Source of the DNA: Octopus vulgaris
Lineage: Eukaryota
NCBI GenBank assembly: GCA_951406725.2
Contig: OX597819.1
Coordinates: forward strand, 45,446,001 to 45,510,000
Reading direction: 5' to 3'
DNA: 64,000 nucleotides
The position numbers and the translations under genes were made by a program. The notes under the pieces are model-generated. The model had not been told where the DNA came from. It saw nothing but the letters and a program-made list of their open reading frames with translations, and did not search any database. Below, in pieces: positions 55,166 through 64,000 of the stretch. How positions within the stretch are numbered: the stretch's first letter is position 1; each line of letters opens with the position of its first letter.

Positions 55166-55409
55166 AAAAAGAAAAAAGATGAAAAAGATATAGAAAAAAC
55201 GAGAAAGACAACAATTAAAATTATAGATGCACTGAAAAAGAAAAATAACAACGAAATCCAAAGCAACATGAAACGAGAAATCAAATTACCACAATAAGTT
55301 AATAAGATGTAAAGATAACACTTATTAAATCTGTGAAAACCCTGTATTTGCACACCGCATGAATACAGATGTCTTCTAGCCTGTATAACGGAATACTTAG
55401 ATGAAAATT

Positions 55410-55435
55410 CTAGGTTTTCGATCAAAAGGGATCGT

Positions 55436-55473
<38 letters not shown>

Positions 55474-55850
55474 TGAAAAGAAAACCGATCAATAGGGATC
55501 GTGCATCACAAAAATGTCATGATGTAAAGTGTAAAGGGGGAAGTAGATAAGGTTTATCCGTGGAAAGAAAAGCCTACAGAAAAAAACCACAGTAACTTCG
55601 GTCAATAATGTCACATGTTAACACATTTATTTGCAAGTAAGTAACTCTGTTTTAAATTTTTCCGGGTTCATAGGATTATGCTCAAGGTGGTTTCATCATT
55701 CATACGTGCCATCCTTGTTACATTCTTGTTTTGAAATATTCACTAGACAAAGCTTGCCTCTCTACCCTCACTTTCTTTTTCAAGTGATACTTGAAGAAGT
55801 TGATGAGAGATTGACCAGAGAGGAAAGTGTCTGTCTCTAATCCTTTCATA
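55410..55850 (-). mobile_element. L1/Tx1-like C-terminal fragment plus partial 3' UTR
   Basis: MKGLETDTFLSGQSLINFFKYHLKKKVRVERQALSSEYF...NVTRMARM, homologous to 370-540 on +. Confidence 0.7.
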
Positions 55851-55946
55851 GATAGATATAGATAAATAGATAGATATACATATATAGATAAATGCACATA
55901 TACACACAAACACACACACACACGCACATATATATATATATATATA

Positions 55947-57237
55947 CGAGGGACGATCAATAAGTAATGCCCCTGACCCATTTGCAGTTGTTTGATCTAG
56001 CTGAAATTTTGCATGTGAAATTATTTCTATCTCTATAGATTACATGGCAAATTACAGCTCTGAGCTAATTGTGGTTTCTGATTTACAGGTGTTTGAACTA
56101 AGTCAAGTGTGAAATGGAGCCTGTTGAGTGTCGAGCAGTGATCCGGTTTTTGTATTTGAAAGAACGCACACCACGGGAGACTTTTGATGAAGTGAAAGTA
56201 ACTTATGGTAATGATGCCCCATCATATGACCTTGTAAAACGCTGGCATCGTGAATTCAAACATGGTCGGAACTCTGTGGAAACAGCTCCCAGATCTGGTT
56301 GCCCCCTTTCTGCCATTGATGAGGCATCTGTCCGTCAAGTTGAGGCTGCCATTTTGGAAGATCGACGCATAACTATTCGCCAAATAGCCTATGAGGTCAA
56401 GATTAGTACCGGGTCTGTGGAAACTATCATTCATGACCATTTGCATATGCAAAAGGTGTCTGCCAGATGGATTCCCAAGTTGCTCACACCTTTCCAGAAA
56501 CAAGAACGCGTTGAGTGCTCGAGGATGAATTTGGAGATGTGCCAAGAAGATGAGTCAAAATTTTTCAAAAGACTGATTACACAGGATGAAACCTGGGTCC
56601 ATCACTATGATCTAGACACCAAAGCCCAGTCAATGCAGTGGAAGCACCGTGACTCACCTCCTCCAAAGAAGGCAAAGGTGTAGCCCTCCGCTGGTAAGGT
56701 CATGCTCACAGTCTTCTGGGACCAGGACGGAATAATGATGACAGGTTTCCTGGCAAAGGGTTCCACAATTACAGGAGCCTATTATGCTTCACTTTTGAGG
56801 AAATTAGGAGAAGCTATCAAAATCAAGAGGCGGAGCAAGATTAGCAAAAGCATCCTCCTCCTGCAGGACAACGCTCCGGTCCACAACTCACGTGTTGCCA
56901 GATCAGAAGCACAGGCGTGCGGCTATGAACTCCTCCCCCATCCTCCAACTCTCCTGACCTTGCACTCTCTGATTTTCACCTCTTCCCAGCCATGAGGTTG
57001 TTTTTGAAAGGAAAGCGTTTCCCAGATGATACAGCCTTGACTTCTGAAGTCACGTCGTGGTTGGAGGACCAAGCTGGGGTCCTCTACAAAAACGGTCTCC
57101 AGAGCTGCATCAAACGATGGGAGAAATGCGTAACTCTGGATGGTTCCTATGTAGAAAAAGACTAATAACTGTGCCAAGTTTCGTTGCTCTACTGCTATGA
57201 GAAGTGAGTCAGGGGCATTACTTATTGAACGACCCTC

Positions 57238-57238
<1 letters not shown>
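55947..57238 (+). mobile_element. Full-length mariner (1292 bp) inserted in (TA)n
   Basis: TIRs cgagggacgatcaataagtaatgcccctgac / gtcaggggcattacttattgaacgaccctcg with TA on both sides. Confidence 0.97.
56114..57165 (+). pseudogene. Mariner DD34D transposase pseudogene
   Basis: WIPKLL, TQDETW, QDNAPVH and (Y)SPDLALSDF motifs; in-frame TAG at 56681 and a 1-bp frameshift near 56948; ends GSYVEKD*. Confidence 0.95.
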
Positions 57239-57295
<57 letters not shown>

Positions 57296-57734
57296 TATGT
57301 ATGTATGTATGTATGTATGTATGTATGTATGTATGTATGTATGTATGTATGTATGTATAGATAGATAGATAGATAGATAGATTGATAGATACATTTACAT
57401 CAGTTTAAAAACGTTTTCGGTTTACTATATACATTATTACGCTGAAACTAGAAGCAGTTTTTGCTGCGCTAGAACAAGATGTATGCTGCTTCCGGAAATA
57501 ATAATAAATAAAATTTAAAAATTGATTTATAATTTATGAGTTGATTGTAAAGAAATTTGCCATGAAAAGAACTGATTTGTTATATTGAACTTAATTTCAA
57601 AATTGATCACCGAATCCTAACATGCATATTCTGTTGGCGAAACCTTCGTCTGCGCAGCTGTAAACGGAGTTTGGTAGATAATATAATATCATTAATATTT
57701 TCCTTTTTCTTCTTAGCAATAGGTCAGTATCAGC

Positions 57735-58010
57735 ATGAATGTATCTTGTGCTGGTGGCACATGGAAAACAATATTCGAGCAAGGTCGTTGCCAGTGCCGC
57801 TGGACTGGCTTCTGTGCAGGTGGCATGTAGAAAACACCATTTGAGCGTGGCCATTGCCAGTACCGCTTGACAGGCCCTCATGCTGGTGGCACTCACTACA
57901 TTCTCGGAGAGGTTGGCATTAGGAAAGGCATCCAGCTGTAGAAACTCTGCCAGATCAGATTTGAGCCTGATGCAACCATCTGGCTCGCCAGTCCTGAATC
58001 AAATCGTCTG
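57735..58010 (+). mobile_element. SINE/RTE-like 3' fragment with 66-bp internal tandem units
   Basis: tgcwggtggcay recurs at 57749, 57815 and 57881, followed by ggttggcattaggaaaggcatccagctgtagaaac, which resembles RTE-type tails. Confidence 0.6.
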
Positions 58011-58218
58011 ATTGATGAAATGGTATATGATTTGCAAAAGGAAATTTGCAGTGATTTCGAAATGGTAGAAATTTGTTACAATTCCAACAAACGACTCAAT
58101 GTGCAAGCATTGATATTTACTTATGTGCCTTATTCAAATATTAATCAATAAGAACTAGGAGAGTTTTTATTTATCGAAAAGTTGATAACTGGCATAAAAC
58201 ATTCCATGACTGAAAGAG

Positions 58219-58427
58219 TACTCTTTTACTCTTTTACTTCTTTCAGTCATTTAACTGTGGCCATGCTGGAGCACCACCTTTAATCGAGCAAATCGACCCC
58301 AGGATTTATTCTTTGTAAGCTTAGTACTTATTCTATCGGACTCTTTTTCCGAACCGCTAAGTTACGGTGACGTAAACACACCAGCATCGGTTGTCAAGCG
58401 ATGTTGGGGAAACAAACAGACACACAT

Positions 58428-58494
<67 letters not shown>

Positions 58495-58654
58495 TACGAC
58501 GGGCTTCTTTCAGTTTCCGTCTACCAGATCCACTCACAAGGCTTTGGTCGACCCGAGGCTATAGTAGAAGACACTTGCCCAAGGTACCACGCAGTGGGAC
58601 TGAACCCGGAACCATGTGGTTGTTAAACAAGCTACTTACCACACAGCCACTCCT
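58219..58654 (-). mobile_element. SINE C, full length
   Basis: Reverse complement of the family sequence throughout. Confidence 0.9.
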
Positions 58655-58689
58655 ATACATTTTAATAAAAGTATATTGTCGTGGTAAAT

Positions 58690-59460
58690 GTTATTTCATA
58701 CGAAACTGGTGGAACGCTTAGTATGATTGGTCACCATCGCGGATTTGGTGCTTATCTAAGAGAAGCTCCAATTATCTTCACAATTAATTCCTTTATTAAT
58801 GGTCAACATTTAACTGCAAAATATTTCATAAGTAGAGAACAAAAGTTTGTATAATGTTACTAAATTTGTTAATAAGTTTTTAAAAAAACCTCAACTGTTA
58901 AATACTCATTTTTTTCTGGAAATATTGCTGTGAAAATGAACAAGAATTCAAACATCCTTTATTGAGATTCATGGTTTAGTAAGGGAAATTGTCTGTGACA
59001 CCATCTTGATATTTCTAGATACTATTTTAGATATTTTTAAAAAGCTGTGTAATGAGAAATGTGTAATGAGCAAGTAAGCTAAAGTATTGACATCACATAT
59101 CTTTCCAGAATCTTCAACAAATTAAGTGAGATGAACATCAAATTGCAGGGAAACAAATATGAATCTTATTAAAGTAAAAGGGAATTATACACCTTTTTAT
59201 CAGGAAAATTACATTTTACAAAAATAGCATTTCAAGACGTAATTTTCAACAGTATCTCAATATACAAATAATAAAATCAAAATAAATATAGTGATTTCAT
59301 ATTAGATAAAAATCTGGATTGTTATTGTTTCCATCTGCAGAAACCGAAAGATGATATGATGACCAGATTTATAGACTTTGATGGACTGACATTACCAGAG
59401 AAAGCCATAAATCCGCCACATTCCAATTCATAATTTTTTTCTATTTAAAGCTATTCGAAG
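58690..59460 (+). pseudogene. Heavily decayed hAT (Buster/Charlie-like) transposase fragment
   Basis: Motifs in order: TGGTLSMIGHHRGF (TDGAxxMxG), WFSKGNCL (RWLSxG), ITYLSRIFNKLSEMNIKLQG, DMMTRF.D...L.IP...NP; many stops and frameshifts. Confidence 0.75.
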
Positions 59461-60594
59461 AACGAACAATTTATTTCGCAGCTCATGCATAATTTCAATG
59501 AAGTGTTATAATGTATTAAGGTATAACAGGTAAACACAATAACTCCAGCGTTGACACGAAATAAAGTGCTGCTCATTTGAGAGAAGTTTCAGTGTCATGT
59601 TACTATTGTTAAATAAATAACGAAATAGACAACATAAAAGAAAGAGGGTACATAAGACACGGTGTGCCAAATATTTCACTTAATATATACTGTACACAGT
59701 TGGTAGACAGAGTTTATGATTTCTGTTGGCTGTGGCATGTAGCTATTTAGTCTGGATCAGAGCCCTACTGAAGCTCACCTTCTCAACGGTATTCTCTACT
59801 CCAATCACCCTGTTATAGAAACCTACGATAGCGAGAGTTTGCGTCCTGGAAACTATAATCTCACTGATGGCTAACATTTAAATCTAGTAACTATAAGTAA
59901 TTTTGCCATTAGGCTTACTTCCAGTTTAAATGAAAGTGCTGATCACAATTGCCATCTTCCGCTTCACTAGTAAATGGTATGGCTATTCCTCTCCAAAGAG
60001 CCAACTGACGACTTCTGGAAACTACAAACGCTTTTTTCTGCACTTTACACATGGCATGGTGAGTTCAAAATCAATCTTGCCCATAAAAAGTTCGCAACAA
60101 ACCTTTGAACAATACCTAAAACTAGTTTGCCTGTTTAACCCGAATATTGTTTAAATGAAATCTTCCATTCGCAAACATCACAGACGGGTTGTGTAAGCAT
60201 GTGAACCTTTGGAAATAAATGTTTGGAAGTGTGGTCATAGCCGTGATGAAAATTAAAAACTAGGTTTAGATTTAGTACCCATCTGCTAGACCAAGAACTT
60301 TGGGATCCAGGCAGAAGGGTCAGGGAACAGGTTATATTTCTCAAGCAGTATTTGCAGAAATAAAATAATTGAATTTCCCAAATGTGCCAATGTAGACTTC
60401 GTAAAAAAACCAAACCGGATCATCTACATTGTAGTGATAAGGTCAGTGAATACTTCGTCCACTACATTAATTTGCTACATAGATCAGGAGTCTGTGATCT
60501 GTACAGTCTACTAGATCGGAAGTAAAGTCTGGAATCCGCTTACTGATGACTGAATGTGTCGTCTTTGAATACGGTCAACTGTGTGCTGACAAGC

Positions 60595-60911
60595 AAGTCG
60601 AACTAAGCAGAATTTGAGCTCAGAACATCAAGACGTAAAAAATGCCGCTAAGAATTTTACCCGGCGTGCTAACGATTCAGCAAGCACACCGCCTGAATAA
60701 TAATCCTTTTTACTGGAGGCACAAGGACTTAAATTTATGGAGAGAGGATGAGTCGATTACATAGACTTCAGTTTTTTACTGGTACTTAATTTTTCGACCA
60801 CGAAAAGATGAAAGGCAAAGTCGACCTCGGCGGAGTTTGAACTCAGAACGTAGCAACGGGCGAAATACTGCTAAGCGTTTCGTCCAGCGTGCTAGCGATT
60901 CTCGCCCGCTT
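60595..60911 (-). mobile_element. Two head-to-tail SINE B copies on the minus strand
   Basis: gatgaaaggcaaagtcgacctcggcggagtttgaactcagaacgta; short AAT spacer at ~60697. Confidence 0.8.
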
Positions 60912-60912
60912 G

Positions 60913-61586
<674 letters not shown>

Positions 61587-62099
61587 ATGTAGTACTGAAA
61601 GAAAAAAAAGAAACGGAAGAATGTATTGGCAGTAAGTGGGGGTGGGTGAACTAAACAGTCTATGTGTCCCTATCCTCACCTCGACATCAACTTACCACAC
61701 TTCATTCTAAGTTGAGACAGCTATTCCATCTTTGAATACAGTTGAACTTCCTTCATTTTCATATTCGGTAATTGCCTTTGTTTTCTTATTCTTTTTCTCT
61801 TCCTATCCCCGCGTCAATCTCTCTTTATCTCGCTGTCCATTAACCTCGCCTACTCCGAGAATAATTTCACTCTGACTAAAAACTCTATTACAACATTCTT
61901 TCTTGATTTTATTTATTTTATATATATATATATATATATTTTTTTTTTGTTTTTCACATTTTTGTTAAATTCGTATTTTTTAAAAAAATTATGTTTTGGA
62001 TTATTGTTTTTTTTTTTCTTACCGTTTATGCTCAAGCTCCTACAAGCTTATTTTCGACCGTTTTATTTATTTGCTTACTTTTTTTTATTTATTTTCATT

Positions 62100-62344
62100 C
62101 CTTGTCCTGACTTTTCATCAAAATCTCTTTCGTTTTTCCTTCCTTTGTTTCATTCCTTAAATTTTTAAATCGTTTTCTTGTTGAGAATGTTATTTCTTTC
62201 TTAATTCCTTTCTTTCGTCTCCTCATATTCGCCCCCTCTTTAACTCATTCATTTGACTTCTACCTTATCCCCCAAAATCGTTGTCACTCTCTCTCTCTCT
62301 CTTACAATCTTTTTCTTTCGCTTTTCTGAATATTCCTCCCTTAT

Positions 62345-62375
<31 letters not shown>

Positions 62376-63330
62376 CTCTTTTCTCTACTTTTGCGTTACT
62401 GCTTCTCTCTCAGTATCACATTCTCAATAACCATCTTTAGTTTCCTTATGATCACCTATCACATCGCATTTTCTCTGCTCTCCTCTGCATCCTCTCATAC
62501 CATCTTCTTCTTCCTCCTCCTCTTCTTCTTCTTCTTCCTTTCCCCTCCCTTTTCCTCCTCTTCATGCCTTCTTCTCCCTCCTCCTCTTCTTCTTCTTCCC
62601 TTCTCCTCCCTCCTCCTCTTCTTCTTCCTTTCTCCTCCCTCCGCCTCTTCTTCTTTTTGCCTTCTCCTCCCTCCTCCTCCTCCGTACCCTTTCTTCTCTC
62701 CAACCATCCGCTTCTCCTCCTTCACTCTCTCTTTCTTTCCTATACTAATTGTATCTCCCTTCTCCACACTCTCTCTCATTTCCACTCTATCACTCACTCT
62801 CCTCACATCCTGTCCATTTAACTTCTCCCCTCTTTCAAATTCCTCTTATATACACCGGTTGTCCTTGTCCACTATACTTCATATTAAATTTGAATTTCTC
62901 CGTTTCTGTTTCATTTTCTTTCAACCTATACAATTTTCATACTCTTCTACCTTCCAACTCACTCTCACTCTTTTGCCGCCATTTTACACGGCGTTCATTA
63001 ACCATCATACACTATCTTTCCATAGTTTCTCTTCTTCTCTTTCGTTCTTCATATTTGCAGCTCATTTCTATATTTCTGTTTTCTTTTTATTTTTTTGTTT
63101 TAATGCCTCTCTATCTGCTTACAATTTCTCATATTTGAATCCTTTTTCACCGTTCGTAAGAACAGACATATACATGCATACATATACACACACATACATG
63201 TAAGCATTTGGATACTTAATCTCTTTGTCTTTCTTTCTCTCTGCCTGTCTGTCTGATTTTACAACTGTCCATCTCTCAATCCACCTTCTCTCTCTCTCTC
63301 TCTCTAATTCTCTAAATCTCTTCATTCTTA
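62100..63330. repeat. Pyrimidine-rich (CT/CTT/CCT) low-complexity tract
   Basis: Strong C+T skew on +. Confidence 0.9.
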
Positions 63331-63345
63331 TACACCCCTCACACA

Positions 63346-63455
<110 letters not shown>

Positions 63456-63499
63456 GAGAGACAGAGACAGAGACAGAGATAGATATATAAATTATTTTC

Positions 63500-63672
63500 T
63501 CTCACAGTTTTCTTTTTCATTCTCTCTCCTTTTACTTTTTTCCTCTTAAATTTTCTATCGAAGAGCGTAGTCTCGGAACGTAAAAGACTTTTTTCTTCCT
63601 GAGTGTTAAACTAATACACCTGCTTGTTGTTCCTACACCTGTCTTCGTCTTTTTTCTGTAAATTTGAACAAT
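63500..63672 (+). mobile_element. Penelope-like terminal-repeat remnant, second copy
   Basis: Matches 31960-32140. Confidence 0.55.
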
Positions 63673-63679
63673 ATATCTA

Positions 63680-63839
<160 letters not shown>

Positions 63840-64000
63840 GAAATACATTACAAAAAAAAATAGAAACTACACGTGGAAATGTAAGGGGAAAGTAAGAAGA
63901 AAAATAAGCGAAAATGCACATTGGAAATCAAAAAACGTAAAAGCTTTTTATGAAATGTAAAGATAGATATATACAATTACATGAACTGAGGTAGGAATAA

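Noticed and set aside
60135-60413. ORF with CDVC resembling a zinc-finger start
   Set aside because: It stops before any His pair; no further finger or linker.
62253-63203. 316-aa ORF rich in F/S/L/P
   Set aside because: It arises from a CT-rich low-complexity tract that lacks stop codons by composition; no domain.

Overview
AT-rich animal genomic DNA with very dense microsatellites ((TA)n, (CA)n, (ATT)n, (GATA)n, (GGT)n). It reads as intergenic sequence or the inside of a large intron. The repeat style suggests a coleoid cephalopod such as Octopus; this is an inference, not a database result. I found no convincing host protein-coding gene, and most ORFs in the track are translations of simple repeats. 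All recognisable coding sequence is transposon-derived: a near-complete DD34E Tc1 with long IR/DR ends, a near-complete DD34D mariner, rearranged or deleted mariner derivatives, a decayed hAT transposase, four R4/Dong-type retrotransposon pieces with a restriction-like endonuclease (RLE), one of which keeps an uninterrupted 366-aa C-terminal ORF, a CRE-like RLE fragment and two L1/Tx1-like 3' ends. Non-coding repeats include at least four tRNA-headed SINE families (my labels B-E), a Helentron-associated (HINE/DINE-like) element and Penelope-like terminal-repeat remnants. The most interesting signals concern how the repeats target each other: (1) a ~550-bp non-coding element with no tRNA head (family A, 6 copies) that always lies inside (AAT)n with one polarity, as R4/Dong does; (2) a SINE with a Tx1-like tail nested inside related SINE copies at GGTAYTT with 16-bp target duplications; (3) a young 1.13-kb element with 285-bp direct repeats differing at one base. 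There is also one candidate 24-nt microexon. Coordinates of decayed elements are approximate.
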